NCBI GenBank assembly: GCA_024679065.1
Contig: JAGIQG010000020.1
Location: 8,680,001 to 8,744,000 of the forward strand
Origin: Sphyrna mokarran
Taxonomy: Eukaryota
DNA: 64,000 nt
Direction: 5' to 3'
Shown: piece by piece, positions 1 through 14,315 of the stretch
Layout: every line of letters begins with the position of its first letter
How positions within the stretch are numbered: the stretch's first letter is position 1
Notes under the pieces: generated by a model
Seen by the model: only the letters and a program-made list of their open reading frames with translations
Told to the model about the DNA's origin: nothing
Database searches by the model: none
Program-made: the position numbers and the translations under genes

Positions 1-1309
1 GGCTTCCTTCTGCACTGTAGCGATTCTATAGTTTTCAAACTCGGGAAGGATGTATTAGTCTTGGAGAGGGTGCATAGCAGCTTCATCAGAATGGTACCAT
101 GACTAAAATGGATAAATTATGAGGACAAAGTGGATGGATTAGACATGTATTCCCCACAATACAGTAGATTAAGAGATAATCTAATTGAGGAAATGTAATT
201 AAAGGTGGAAAAGAGAAACACTTTCCTCTGGTAGGAAAGTCCAAGATAAGGAGGTGTAGTCTCAGGTTTGGAGCTGCCCACTCAGGGGTGATGCGAGGAA
301 ACATTTTTTCACACAAAGGGCAGTGAAAAGCCTGAAAACCAGATAAAGATGGCACAGGCAGCACAGTGGTACAATAGTTACCACTGCTGCCTCACAGGAC
401 CAGGGACCTGTATTCAATTCCCGGCTTGGGTCACTGTGCAGATTCTGCACATTTTTTCCATGTCTGTATGGGTTTCCCCTGGAGTTCTGGTTTCCTCCCA
501 AAAATGTGCATGTTAGGTGGATTGGCCCTGCTAAATTCTCCCTCAGTGTACTCAAACCAATGTCAAAGCGTGGTGACTCGGGGATTTTCACAGTAACTTC
601 ATTGTAGTGTTAATGTACGACTTAAATAAACTTTAATTTTAGTACAGTAGGTTTCCTTCCCTAAAGGACATTAGTGAACCAGATAGGTTTTTTCAGACAA
701 TAGCTTCATAGTCTTCAGTAGATTCTTAATTCCAGATTTGTTTTATTGGATTCAAATTGCACCATCTTCTGTGGCAGGATTCAAAACTGGATCCCCAAAA
801 CATTAGCTGAGTTTCTGGATTAATAGTCTAACAGTAAAACCAGTGGACCATCAGTTCGAATATGTTATTTCAAAACTTAAATTGATTGATTTTTGTTAGA
901 CAAAGATGCTTGGATGGCACAGACCAACCGTGATGTAAATGAATGGCTTGATGGGCTGAATGGTCTACTCCTGTGTTAAATACTATTTATAGAGCATATA
1001 TTTGACCCAATGGGTCTGTTCTGGTGTTTATGCTCCACATGAGCCTTTCCCGCTTCATTTGAATTTATTACCATTTCCTTTTAGTTTCTTCCCTCTTCAA
1101 GTACTTGACTTCCTCCTTAAATACATCTACGATATTTGTCTCAAGTATTCTGTATGGTAGCAAAATACACATTCTAAATGCTCTCCAACAACATTTCTCT
1201 TGAATTCTTCAATGAATTTATTAATTATTAGAATTAATCATTTAGAATGTTGCTGGAGTATGGTGAATGTGGAGATATATTTGAGCATTGCTTAAAAATA
1301 ACACATGGA

Positions 1310-1720
1310 GCATGCTGGCTAAGCTTTCATCTTGCACTTGTCAGGTTAGGTCACAAGATTACTCACTGTGAAGGGAACAATTTATATTGCATGAGAAGAG
1401 AGTGCTGAGTGTTTGGCGAGTGCATTCTGATTGCTCAAGGCAGTGCCATCGATAATGTAGTAGGGAACAGTAAACTACCAGGCTAGTGTTCAAATGCAAA
1501 CTAGGCAGCTCAACTCTGATCAAGGCATCACCATGGGAATGAACCAGTAAATGGCTGAACCCCCAGTCTTTTTGTTTGGTTGAAAATAGCACAATGCCTA
1601 GACATGCTCCTTCTGTCTGCAAAGGACAAAGCCCTACATACGAATATATGTGGTTTCTCGCATGCCACCCTGAGAGCCCGACTGATGATATATAGCAATA
1701 TACATTGGTAGTACACAAGC
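1310..1720 (-). mobile_element. Decayed Penelope-like element 3' end
   Basis: Minus strand reads IISRA...ETTYIR..G.VLCRQKEHV (resembles a GIY-YIG C-terminus) and ends in a decayed hammerhead-like CTGACAAGTGCAAGATGAAAGCTT. Confidence 0.55.
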
Positions 1721-2691
1721 CAGGCTTTCATATTTATTTCAGGATTTATACAAGAAGTGTCACTGATATATATCAGCATTCTATGTTTGAAATGTCCACA
1801 TAGAACATGAATAAAGAAGCTCGGATTACACCTTGTTCTATTTATGGAACTTGTGTGCAGAAAAATTATGCACCTCAAACTCTGTGCTGTAAATAGCATC
1901 CATCATACGTAAAAAGGAGCAGGAGCAGCTCATTCATCCAGGGACAGCTGGATGATATGATTTCAGAATTAGAAGTTCTGAAGCATGAATTAATTTTCTT
2001 TTTCACTTGGCAGCTTCATGCTCTTTACAGTTTCTCTTGGTTCACCATTTAAAAAAAAGTTTTAATGCAAATAATGTGATGCTAACACACATTCCAAAAA
2101 GAATCATGTTCACATTGTACTATTAAAACAGGCACTGGTTAAAGAAAATTAAAAATTGTAAATGTCCCAGTGCTCCTTTTTAGCTGGCCACAAATTGTAA
2201 CAAAACATAGTAAAAATAAAAAAAATTTAAAATTGAGGTGATAATATCACTTCCTGTGTTTACCACAGGTTCTAGTCCCTGTGGTCTCTGTGAATTACAA
2301 TTGGCCTCAGCTCTCTTTCCAGGGCCATCAGATGAATGTACAATCACAAACCTATATTTTGTTTCCAGTTGCCATTCAGTGTCATGTTTGTCTTCTGGCT
2401 TGAGACACAAATGGGTTATGTAGGGTAGGATTTTTTCTTCCAATATGGAGTGGAAATGCAGGCAGACAGACACAGAATTTCCTGATGCAATCCGGCATAC
2501 CAGTTCCCTATCATAGTTCCAACACCCAGCCATTTTCCTGGCGATTGGATTGGACATGGAGAGGCCACCCAAAATTGGTGATGGGTACTATTTTAAAAAG
2601 GTATTCCATTGATGAGAGGGCCACAGATGCCTGGTGTCTGACCAGCGGGCCATCACTTCAGAATCACTTAGACACTACTCTCCCTGTTAAC

Positions 2692-3213
2692 GTAAGAACA
2701 TAAGAACTAGGAGCAGGAGTAGCCCCTCGAACCTACTCCGCTGTTCAATAAAATCATGACTGATCTTTTTGTGGACTCAACTCCATTTACCCACCCGCTC
2801 ATCACGACTCTTAATTCCTTTACTGTTCAAAAATGTATCTATCCTTGCCTTAAAAACATTCAATGAGGTAGCCTCAACTGCTTCAGTGAGCAGGGAATTC
2901 CACAGATTCACAATCCTTTGTGTGAAGAAATTCCTCCTCAGTTCAGTGGTAAATCTGCTTCCCCTTATTTTGAGGCTAGTTCTAGTTTCACCTGCCAGTG
3001 GAAACAACTTTCCTGCTTCTATTTTATCTATTCCCTTCATAATCTTCTAAGTTTCTATAAGATCTCCCTTTATTCTTCTGAATTCCAATGAATATGGCCC
3101 CATTCTACTCAGTCTCTCCTCATAAGCCAACCCTATCAACTCTGGAATCAACCCAGTGAATCTCTTCTGCACCCCCTCCAGTGCCAGTATATCCTTTGTC
3201 AAATGAGGAGACC
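2692..3213 (-). mobile_element. CR1 LINE 3' fragment
   Basis: MKGIDKIEAGKLFP...FFTQRIVNLWNSL; (TAAGAACA) tail. Confidence 0.85.
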
Positions 3214-4022
3214 ATAGCAGTCAGATCAATATTGGCCACTGATCACAATTAGATGTTGCCATAGCAGCCAAATCACTACATCAGCCACAGACCACTCAAT
3301 GGAGAGATTGTTCTTTTACAAAGGTGGCTGGCGGCTGTGGTCATTTTTCGTTTCAAATATTTAAAAAGTGCGGAGAGGGCACCTCAAGATGGAAATGCCC
3401 TCTCTCTTTCCCTTACCCACAATGGCAGGCTGCAGAGCCTCATGTGGGAAGGCCTCCTATCATACCCCAGCTTTGAGAATCTGCCAGCTCTGCAAAAATC
3501 GCTCAGGGATTGACGTGGGTCAGGACTTGCATTTGACACCAACATTGGTGCCCTGACTCCAAATGGGAATCACTGCCCATTGCCTGGTTGCTAAAAGAAG
3601 TGGAGGGAAATCGGGAATGTAGGTCAATGAGTGAGGCGGGAACACAGGCGCCACAGCATTCGTGGGAGATGGACTAGTGACGGATAGAGAAGACTTGGTG
3701 AAACAAATGGTTTAGACCTGCTCTATACCCTTTTGAGTTCCTAAATATAGAGACATTGGCTGCAGCGCTACTTATGAGAACGTAACAAAGATTGCTGAAT
3801 TAGGTAGATGGCAGTTCAAATTTGGAAGGAATGGGTTCTGGGGGCCGAATGGCCTCATCATCTTCTTTTGCTTTCCTACATTCTTAAAGCAAACTCAGAT
3901 TGTCCAGGGGCAGTGCACGTTACAACTGTGATGCAACTTTGCTGAATATTGTAGGCTTACTTAGCAATAAAGCATGAGAACTCTTTGATTCCAGCCTCTC
4001 CTCTCCCCCTCTTCTGTTGCAG

Positions 4023-4157
4023 CTGGAAGCCCATAGCCGATTACATCGACCAACAGTTTGAACAGTATTTCCGAGATGAGAGTGGCCTGAACAGGAAGAA
4101 CATTCAGGATAACCGAGTGCACTGTTGCCTGTATTTTATCTCTCCTTATGGACACGG
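4023..4157 (+). CDS. SEPTIN5: Septin-5 internal coding exon (GTPase domain); gene is 5'-partial in this window
   Basis: ag|...|gtaag; encodes [45 protein letters not shown], matching SEPT2-group septins. Confidence 0.95.
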
Positions 4158-5032
4158 GTAAGAGGAAGAGTTGGACTCAGGGATAATTGTATCGTTTTTC
4201 TATCAGTTCTTCCTGTTGCTGAATATGTTAACTAAAGATAGGAGCATAATGATGCTGTTATAGGATGTAGCGGAGGACGCAACATATTCCTACTAGCCCG
4301 AGAGGTGCCTGGACCTAATGTTAATTTAGGGTTGATATTCCTCGCTGTAGGAGCCACGATTGGCAGAACAAAGATTCATAGAATGCGAAGCTCATTCAGC
4401 TCCCCAATCCTTCAACAACAACAATCCCATCCAGGCCCTAACCCCACACATTTAATCCCCCCTGACACTAGAGGACAATTTTAGCATGACCGCTCTCCCT
4501 ATCTTTGGAGTGTGGGAGGAAACTGGAACACCCAGAGGAAACCCACGCAGACAACCTGAAACTCTGCACAGTCATCCAAGGTTGGAATTGAACCTGAGCC
4601 CCAGGCGCTGTGGGGCAGCAGCGCTAACCACCGAGCCACCATAATGAACTCCAAGCTCCATTTGTTCTTTCGGCACTGAAGGGCATTCGGAGAAGGTTGA
4701 GTTTCTCTTGGTGAGTGAGACAAAGATTTATTTTTCTTTCCTTCATGAGATATGGGCTTCACTGGCTACACCAGTATTTTTATTGCCGGTCCCCAATTGC
4801 CTTTGAGATGATGGTGGTGAGTCACTTTTTGATCTGCTGTTGTCCACACATTTCTGTATGCCTTGGGGCCCTTTTAAAATTTGATGATCCCAGCTTGCAG
4901 AAGAGTGTTGTACTGCCTCTATCTGTTTGGATACATTTTAGGCTGTGTACATGGAATGGGAAGTCTGATTTGATCTGCCTGGGGAAAAGGTTTCTATTAC
5001 TCTGATATTGGATGGTGCTAGATCTGCCTTAC

Positions 5033-5305
5033 AGGGTGGCACAGTGGTTAGCACTGCCGCCTCACAGCACCAGGGATCCAGGTTCGATTCCTGGCATAGG
5101 TCACTGTCTCAGCGGCGTCTGCACTTTCTCCCTGTGTCTGCATGAGCTTCCTCTGATTTCTTCCCACAGTCCGAAAGACAGGCTGTTTAGGTGCATTGGC
5201 CGTACTAAATTCTTCCTCAGGGGCCGGAGAGTGGCGACTAGGGGATTTTCACAGTAACTTCGTTGCAGTGTTAATGTAAGCCTACTCGTGACACTATTAA
5301 ATAAA
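5033..5305 (+). mobile_element. V-SINE variant with a different 3' tail (second copy at ~352-632)
   Basis: Same head and core, but tail gtggcgactaggggattttcacagtaacttc...gtgacactattaaataaa. Confidence 0.75.
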
Positions 5306-5674
5306 CTTTGGTGTAAACTTTGGGGGCCTGAAGATCCATTGTGGTGGGTGGAATGCACAAACTTATTCCACACTGGAAGTGCTTGACAATTATATGGGTA
5401 AAAGTTCCTCCAGAGACACCCCCTGCAAGCAGCAGAAACAGGAGTTTTGTTCCATGCTTGGAGCAATAGTGGGTTGATCAGGTGCCTTAATTAAGCAGGA
5501 ATTTGCAGACAAATAAAGAGGACTGCTCGAGGTTGCCATTGGAAAACTAAATTTGTACGTATTTACTTAGTTTATTGTGGAGCCAGGAGGAGGAAGAGCA
5601 ATATTCTTCCCAACACCACATTAAATCCTACATAATCTAACCATGTCCTGAGTGCAATTTGTATTCCTGTACAG

Positions 5675-5915
5675 AGGGATGATTAATTTCTAAGGGGCAA
5701 TTTATTTTTCCACACATAAAAGAGGATGATTTATCTGTGGGAGGACTTGTTTCTCTGACTGTGGGGAAAGTGAGTTATTTCCGAGATGATTTATTTCTGT
5801 GTCTGTGGGGAAGGGTGATTTATCTGTGGGAGGATCTGTTTCACTGACAGCAGGAAAGGGTGAGTTATTTCTAAGGTGATGTGTTTCTCTGCGTGTGGGG
5901 AAGGGTGATCTGTCT
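5675..5915. repeat. Degenerate minisatellite with ~90-bp period
   Basis: gatttatctgtgggagga..tgtttc.ctgac...gtgagttatttc...gat.t.tttct...gtggggaagggt repeated about 2.5 times. Confidence 0.7.
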
Positions 5916-5992
5916 CTCGGGCGAGTTTCCCTTTATCTGAAGATGGAACGTGCCTGTCTCAGGAGTAATTTATTCCCTCTGCCTGGGTTAAG

Positions 5993-6110
5993 GTTGCGGC
6001 CACTGGACACAGAGTTCATGAAGGCATTACACCAGAAAGTGAATATCGTGCCAGTGATTGCGAAAGCCGACTCACTCACACCTATGGAGGTGAAGAAGCT
6101 CAAAGAGAGG
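5993..6110 (+). CDS. SEPTIN5: Septin-5 exon containing the G4 motif AKAD
   Basis: ag|G TTG CGG...GAG AGG|gtgag; [39 protein letters not shown]; phase compatible with the previous exon. Confidence 0.95.
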
Positions 6111-6423
6111 GTGAGAAACATCATTCATAAGATAACAGTTGTGAGTTGAATACAAGAGTATTAAATTCAGTCCCGTCAATATTATTGGCCTTATTTTAAT
6201 AGCCAGGGAAATGTGTCAGGAACTATGAGACACACGTAACTATAAATCCAAATAGTGTTGTTAATGGACCATGTTTTTTGATTTAATGACAAGTTGAAAA
6301 CTTTGATCAGAATTGAACGGCATTCATTCATTGAGTAGATGCAATCTGCAGTACAGCCTGTATTAATGCTGATAGAGAATTAGTCTTTCCTGTACCTGCT
6401 CTGTATGCTCTCTGCAATGCATA

Positions 6424-8870
6424 ATAGAACATAGAACATAGAACAATACAGCACAGAACAGGCCCTTCGGCCTTCGATGTTGTGCCGACCAAAATAAAAA
6501 GCAATGCCCCTCCTAACTAAACCATTCCCTTCTCATCCATATACTTATCAACTAACCTCTTAAACGCCACCAAACTTGGCGCATCTACAACAGCTGCAGG
6601 CAGGGCATTCCACTCCCTAATCACTCTTTGAGTAAAGAACCTACCTCTGATATCCGTCCTATAACTCATACCCCTTAATTTAAAGTTGTGTCCCCTCGTG
6701 CTAGCTTTTTCCATCCTAGGAAAAAGGCTATCACTGTCCACCCTATCCAAACCTCTAATTATCTTATATGTTTCAATAAGATCCCCCCGTAGCCGCCTCC
6801 TTTCTAACGAAAACAACCTCAAATCCTTCAACCTCTCTTCATAGGACCTGCCCTCCATACCAGGCAACATCCTGGTAAACCTCCTCTGTACCCTCTCCAA
6901 TGCCTCCACATCTTTCTTATAATGTGGCGACCAGAACTGCACACAATACTCCAAGTGCGGCCGCACTAGAGTTTTGTACAGTTGCAACATGATGCTGCGG
7001 CTCCTAAATTCAATCCCCCTACCAATAAAAGCTAAGACTCCATATGCCTTCTTAACAACTTTATCCACTTGACTGCCTACTTTCAGGGATCTATTGACAC
7101 ATACACCAAGATCCTTCTGTTCCTCAACACTATTAAGAGCCCTACCATTAGCCCTATACTCTACACATTTATTGTTCCTGCCAAAGTGCATTACCTCACA
7201 CTTTTCCACATTAAACTCCATTTGCCACCTCTCGGCCCAGCTCTGCAACTTGTCCAAGTCACTCTGTAAACTATAACACCCCTCTTCACTATCTACCACT
7301 CCACCGACTTTAGTGTCATCTGCAAATTTACTGATCCATCCCTCAATACCCTCATCCAGATCATTTATAAAAATTACAAACAGCAGGGGCCCCAAAACAG
7401 ACCCCTGAGGCACACCACTCGTCACCGAACTCCACGATGAATATCTCCCATCAACCACCACCCTCTGTCTTCTATCTGCCAGCCAATTCTAATCCAATTA
7501 GCTAAATCACCCTCTATTCCACACATCTGCATTTTCTGTAGAAGTCTTCCATGGGCCACCTTATCAAACGCCTTACTAAAGTCCATATATACTACATCAA
7601 CCGCCTTACCCCCATCCACCTCTCTGGTCACTTTCTCAAAAAACTCAATGAGGTTAGTAAGGCATGACCTACCCTTCACGAAACCATGCTGACTATCCCC
7701 AATCAATTCATTTCTCTCTAAATAACTATAAATCCTATCCCTAATAATTCTCTCCAATACCTTGCCCACCACAGAAGTAAGACTCACTGGCCTATAATTC
7801 CCAGGAAGGTCTCTCTTCCCCTTCTTAAACAATGGGACCACATTCGCCATCCTCCAGTCCTCCGGAACCACACCCGTAACCAAACAGACCTGAAGATCAG
7901 AGCCAGAGGCTCTGCAATCTCCTCTCTTGCCTCCCAGAGAATCCTAGGGTAAATCCCGTCCGGCCCAGGGGACTTATCCAACTTCAAACCCTCGAGAATT
8001 TCTAACACATCCTCCCTATCTACTACAATACTCCCCAATTTGCAACCCTGTACCTCAGTGCTCTCCACAGCTACATTTCCAGCACTCTGCGTGAATACCG
8101 AAGAGAAATATTTATTCAGTGCCTCGCCAATCTCTTCAGGCTCCACGCACAACTTCCCACTGCTATCTATGACTGGCCCTAATCTTGCCCTAACCAATCT
8201 TCTATTCTTAACATATCGAAAGAAAGCTTTAGGATTCTCCTTAATCCTATCAGCCAACATCTTCTCGTGTCCCCTCTTAGCTCTCCTCAATTCACTTTTT
8301 ACCTCCTTCCTAGCTAATCTATAGCTATCCATTGCACTACCTGAGCCTTCAAGCCTCATCCTGACATAAGCCTCCTTTTTCTTCTTAACCAGCAAATCAA
8401 CTCTTTTCGTACACCAAGGCTCTCTTACTCGTCCATTTCCTCCCTGCCTGACAGGGACATACTTATCAAGGACTCGCAGCAGCTGCTCCTTGAATAAGCA
8501 CCACATTCCAGATGTTCCCAGTCCCTGTAGTTTCCTAGTCCAATCTATGCACCCTAATTCTCTCCTGATGGCCTCATAATTACCCTTCCCCCAGCTATAA
8601 CTACTGCCCCCAGCTTCATGCCTATCCCTGTCCATCACTAAGGTGAACGTAACCGAATTGTGGTCACTATCACCAAAATGTTCACTAACTTCCAAGCCTA
8701 ACACCTGGTCTGGCTCATTGCCCAGCACCAAATCCAATGTAGCCTCACCTCTAGTTGGCCTATCTACATACTGAGTCAAAAAACCTTCCTGCACACTCTG
8801 TACGAAAACTGACCCCTCTAACGAGCTAGAGCTATAGCTATTCCAATCAATATTAGCAAAGTTAAAGTCC
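6424..8870 (-). mobile_element. Young 5'-truncated CR1 LINE (ORF2: late endonuclease/linker region and RT) in a SEPT5 intron
   Basis: Three overlapping ORFs (7784-8794, 7422-7883, 6517-7461) with NYRPVSLTS, DFSKAFDKV, GVPQGSVLGP, FADD; (ATAGAAC)n 3' tail; two frameshifts. Confidence 0.95.
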
Positions 8871-10134
8871 CAAATCTACAGTGTTGTCGCATTTGTGCCA
8901 GTTTGGTCACCTATGGCAAGCTCGCTGCCTTCTATTCTTCACCTTTTTTTTCATCTTGATGTTCTCATTTATCATGAGGCCAATCACTAAGGGTATGCCA
9001 ATGACACTAAGCATCATCTCGAGGCAATGGCACAGTAGAACTATCACTGGTCCAGCAATCCAAAGACTGAGGGTAATGCCCTTGGGACCTGGGTTCGAAT
9101 CCCACCATGGTAGATGGTGAAATTTAATAAAAATCTGGAATTAGAAGTCTAATGATGAAGCCATTATAAAAACCCATCTGGTTCACTAATGCCCTTTAGG
9201 GAAGGAAATCTGCCTGGTTTGGCCTACATGTGACTTCAGACCCACAGCAAAGTGGTTGATTCTCAAATGATGGGCAGTTAGGGATAGGCAACAAATGCTA
9301 GCCCAGCCAAATTAATTTAAAAAAATTACTTTCGACTCCGTTACTGCTTGTGATACAATTTGACTGCCTGCCCAGCATCCCAATTGTGGCGAGCAAAGAA
9401 GGTTTTTCATCTTAACATCATGTAAGATCATGTCTTCCTTTTAATTTAATCAATTCTCAAAATGTGTGTGTTGCTGATAAGGCCAGTGTTGATTGTCCAT
9501 CTCTAGTTGCCCTGAGGTTTGATATTGTTTGTTAGATTATTTTAGAGAGCAGTTAATAGTAAACCACGTTAACTGTTTCTGGAATCTCATGCAGACCCAA
9601 CCCCTCTAAAGGACATCTGTGAGCCAGATGTTTGTTTCACAATCCAACCAGTTTCATTTTTACTGATGTTAACTTTTCATTGCTAGAATTGTTCTCAAAG
9701 TTAATTTGTGATGGGGTTTAAGCTCACATTGTCTGGGTTATTAGTCCAGATGTGAACATTAGTCCAATAGTGTAAACTCAATGCTACCATATCCTTTTTG
9801 GCTTAGGTGAAAAGTTTTATTTTCTAGCATTCAGTTGCATGTTTCTCACTGGCTTTTTGCTCGAGCTGTACTCAGCTTTGACCCTTTAATGCTCACATCC
9901 TATCCACTATCAAGTTTGACTGTTTTTGCCTGTATGAGTGTATTGGCTGCTACTTCTCCCTTCCTCATTATAGAATCCCTACAGTGCAGAAGGAGGCCAT
10001 CTGGCCCATTGAGTCTGTGTTGACTATAATCCCATCCAGGCCCTATTCCCATAACCTCGCATATTTACCCATCTAATCCCCCTGACACTAGGGTCAATTT
10101 AGCATGGCCAAATAACCTAACCCGCACATCATTG

Positions 10135-11340
10135 AACATAAGAACATAAAAACTAGGAGCAAGAATAGGCGATTTGGCTCATCAAGTCTGCTCCGCCATT
10201 CAATGAGATCATACCTGATCTTTTTGTGGACTCAACTCCACTTAACAACCTGCTCACCATAACCCTTAATTCCTTTACTGTTCAAATATTTATCTATCCT
10301 TGCCTTAAAAACATTCGCCTCAACTGCTTCACTGGGCAGGGAATTCCACAGATTCACAACCTTTTGTGGGAAGAAGCTCCTCCTCAACTTCGTTCTAAAT
10401 CTGCTCCCCTCATTTTGAGGCCAAGCCCCCGGTTCGAGTTTCATCTGCCAGCTTCTCTGCTTCTATCTTATCTATTCCCTTCATAATCTTATACGTTTCT
10501 ATGAGATCTCCCTTCATTCTTCTGAGTCCCAGTGACGATAGCCCCAGTCTACTCAGTCTCTCCTCATAAACCAACCGTCTCAACTCCAGAATCAACCTAG
10601 TGAATTCCTCTGTACTCACTCCAGTGCTAGTATATCCTTTCCCAAGTAAGGAGACCAAAACTGTACACAGTATTCCAGGTGTGGCCTCGCCAGTACCTTA
10701 TACAGCTGCAACATAACCTCACTGTTTTTAAACTCCATCCCTGTAGCAATGAAGATAAAATTCCTTTTGCCTTCTTAATTACCTGCTGCACCTGCGAATG
10801 AACTCCTTGTGATTCTTGCAGAAGTACATCCAGGTCTCTTTGCTCAGCAGCATATCGCAATTTTTTTACCATTTAAATAATAGTCCATTTTGTTGTTATT
10901 CCTACCAAAATGGATGACCTCACATTTAACACCATTGGACTCCATCTGCTAGACCCTCACCCACTCATTTAGATTATCTATATCCCTTTGCAGATCTTCA
11001 GCATCCTTTGCACACCTTGCTTTGCCATTTTAGTGTGTCAAAATTCACAGGTAACACTATGCTTGGTCCCCAACTCCAAATCATTTATGTAAATCGTAAA
11101 CAACTGCGGTCCTAATACTGATCTCTGAGGCATACTGCTAGTCACTGATCACCAACTAGAAAAACACCCATTTACCCACATTCTTTGCTTTCTGTTCATT
11201 AACCAATCCTCTATCCATGCTAACACATTATCTATAACACTGTGCACCTTTATCTTACATAGCAATCTTTGGAGTGGCACCTTGTCAAATGCCTTCTGGA
11301 AATCCAGGTACACCATATCCACAGTTCCCAATGTCCACTG
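10135..11340 (-). mobile_element. Degenerate CR1 LINE RT/3' fragment
   Basis: VYLDFQKAFDKVP through FFPQKVVNLWNSL, with frameshifts. Confidence 0.85.
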
Positions 11341-12879
11341 CACATGTAATGTTCTGAAAGAACTGTAGGAAGAAACCAGAGCATGGAGGAACTCACTTAC
11401 ACATGGGGAGAATGTGCGAACTCCACACAGACAATGACCTGAGGCTGGGATTGACCCCGGGTCCCTGGTGCTGTGTGGCAGCAGTGCTAACCACCATGCT
11501 GAATCATACTCAATGTAATCTTCAAGCTCAACATTCTCCAATGTGCTCCTGCCCAGCTTCCCCAGCTCCCCACCCGGACAAATTCCAACTCATTCAAAAC
11601 TCCAGATAGCTTGTAACTTGTACCAGCCTAGAGTTTACCAACTGTATACATGCATTGTCTCACAATCATATTGAAATCCTCATTATTTTGAGGTAATCCC
11701 TGATGGCCTTCCCATATCCGTCTAATCTCGCCACCATTTCTACAACATTTTCAGCTATTTTTCCATTGTTCTTTCTGACTCTGTACATTACGTTGGTCCC
11801 TCCTCCTGTCCCAGAATTATTTTCAGGATGTTTTTAATCATTATGCTTCCAGACTTTGGAATTCTTTTCCTCCACTTTCTCTTCTTCCTCCAACTCTTTC
11901 CAAAATCTACTCAAAGACAATCTCTTTGGTCACATGAAGGTGAAAGCAAAATACTGCGGATGCTCAACCCCAACACAGACTGGAGGAACATTGAGTTCAA
12001 CAGCTTCAGAGGGTGAACTCTCTCCTCTACTTTTGTCCCAATTCCATTTATTTTATTTCATTTTGTTTCTTCTTTTCATAAGACCATAAGATATAGGAGC
12101 AGAAATAGGCTATTTAGCCCATCGAGTCTGCTCCACCATTCAATCATGGGTGATATGATTCTCATCCCCATTCTCCTACTTTCTCCCCATAACTTCTGAT
12201 CCCCTTATAGATCAAGAATCTATTTATCCCTGTTTTAAAGACACTCAGTGACCTTGCCCCCCACAGCTTTCTGTGGCAACAAGTTCCACAGTTCTCTACC
12301 TCTGGCTGAAGAAATTCTCCCTTGTCTCGTTCAATCATTTTTATCATCCCTCTTGCTCATTTCAATTTTTCCACTTTTCCATTCCATCTCTTGCTTGTTT
12401 CTCCTCTTCCCCTTGCCCCCGCACCCATCTCACCCCACCCCAGGGTAACTGCCTTAACCATCTGTATCTCTGTTCTGCCATTCACACATTTGAATACTTA
12501 ATGGGCACTTTTAGCACCTTTCTCAGCCTTCTTCATCCTTATTTAATTCTAGTTACAGATACCCCCCCATCCTCATGATATAAATCTCTCCTGATTTTCT
12601 TTGTTCTTAGCTCTGACTAAAGATCATCCAGACTTGAAACTTTAACTTGATTCTCCCTCCACAGATGCTGTCAGAAGTGACGATATTTTCTACCATTTTC
12701 TGCTTTTGAATCTGATCACACAATTGTTTGACACTCTATCTTTGTGCTTAATCTATCTGTCTCTTTCCCTAAAGCTCATTGACATGCTTCACTATGATAT
12801 TGTCATCATGAATATTGCAGTACAGTAACCAGTTTCTTAATAACTTAACTTTGCCATGTTCATTCTTCTGCCAATGTAG

Positions 12880-12981
12880 ATTAGAGATGAAATTGAACAG
12901 TACGGGATTAAAATCTATCAATTTCCAGAGTGCGACTCAGATGAGGACGATGACTTTAAGCAACAGGACAAGGAACTAAAG
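12880..12981 (+). CDS. SEPTIN5: Septin-5 exon
   Basis: tag|ATT...AAG|gtgag; IRDEIEQYGIKIYQFPECDSDEDDDFKQQDKELK; 102 nt, phase 0. Confidence 0.95.
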
Positions 12982-13849
12982 GTGAGATGCAATTCCAGGG
13001 ATGTGGGATGCAAGGGAAGGGTAGTTCTGGAAGGAAGGAGTGGGGAGAGGAGATCAAATTGTTGGAATGAATCAGGAGTGGGATGCAAGGGAAACATTCT
13101 CTGGGGAGAGTCAGTGTTGTGATCAATATAATTATAGTTGAACTATTTTCAACATCAGTATCAACTCTGATCACTGATGTAATGGCAAGCACGCTGATTT
13201 TAATCCTGGTTAAAGACAATGGGATCACATCCAAACCTCAAACTGAGTCGAATACGTTCACACTTCAGAACTTTAATTGATTGACCAGTGCCCAAATAAA
13301 ACTTAATGGAGTAGAACCTCATCCCAACTGTAATTAGGTATCTGGAAATTAATAACAATCACATTTCCTAATAGCCATTAATGAGGAAAGCCATTTAGTC
13401 AATTTTAACTCATCGTTCAGAAACAATGTGTGTGGTATTGATCTTGATTGTTTTTGGAAGAAGGAATAATCTACAACTGAACACACGAGAATACAACACA
13501 AAGAAATGGAAGCAGGAAGAGGCCACCAGCCCCTTCAAACCTGCCCCACCTTTCAACATCTGATCTATGCTGACCTCCAACTATAGGGCACAGTAAATAG
13601 TGGGGTATTCAACCTGAGATCATCTTTATTTTCTGTCTCTGTTATATTTATTAATTAATCCCTGTTAGAGAACTTTCATTTTGAACGTCTAATTTGCTGA
13701 ATTTGGAGCACATCAATTATGGGGGAAAGACACTATGTGAGAAATGATTAGTCAAACATTATGAAATACTTTAGCCTCTCAATTCTAATAATCCTCTTTC
13801 ATATCAATCAAAGGATTGAACAATGTCAGGAGTCTGCTATCAATGATGC

Positions 13850-14296
13850 CTCTGTTGGTAACACTATTGCCTCTTGAGTCAAACGTTAGTTGACTCAAAT
13901 TGCAACTCAAGCATTAAAGTCAAAGCTAGTGTGGTACTCCAGGAGTACTGCACTCCCACAGTTGATGTTTTTGGATTAGACATAACGCCGAGGACCCATC
14001 TGCCCTCTCAGGTGAAGTTAAAAGATCCGCAGCACCATTTTGAAGAAGAGTAGAGGAGTTGCCCCCCACCCCCTCAACACACACACACACACACACAAAA
14101 CATCTCCCAACAATATTTATCCCTCAGTCAATATAACAACTCGGTCATTAACAAACTGTTGTTTCCAGGAGTTTGCTGTGTGTAAATTGGCTGTTTCATA
14201 TATTACAACACTTCAAAGGTACTCCATTGGCTAAAAAAATACTTTGGGACACTCAGTGGTTTGGAAAGATGCTGTACAGCCGCAAACCTTTTCTTT
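13850..14296 (+). mobile_element. Deu-domain SINE (SacSINE1/AmnSINE-like)
   Basis: gccctctcaggtgaagttaaaagatcc...gaagaagag...caatatttatccctca...gctgtgtgtaaattggctg resembles the Deu core; L2-like tail. Confidence 0.7.
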
Positions 14297-14315
14297 GATT
14301 CCTCTTCCTTTGTAG

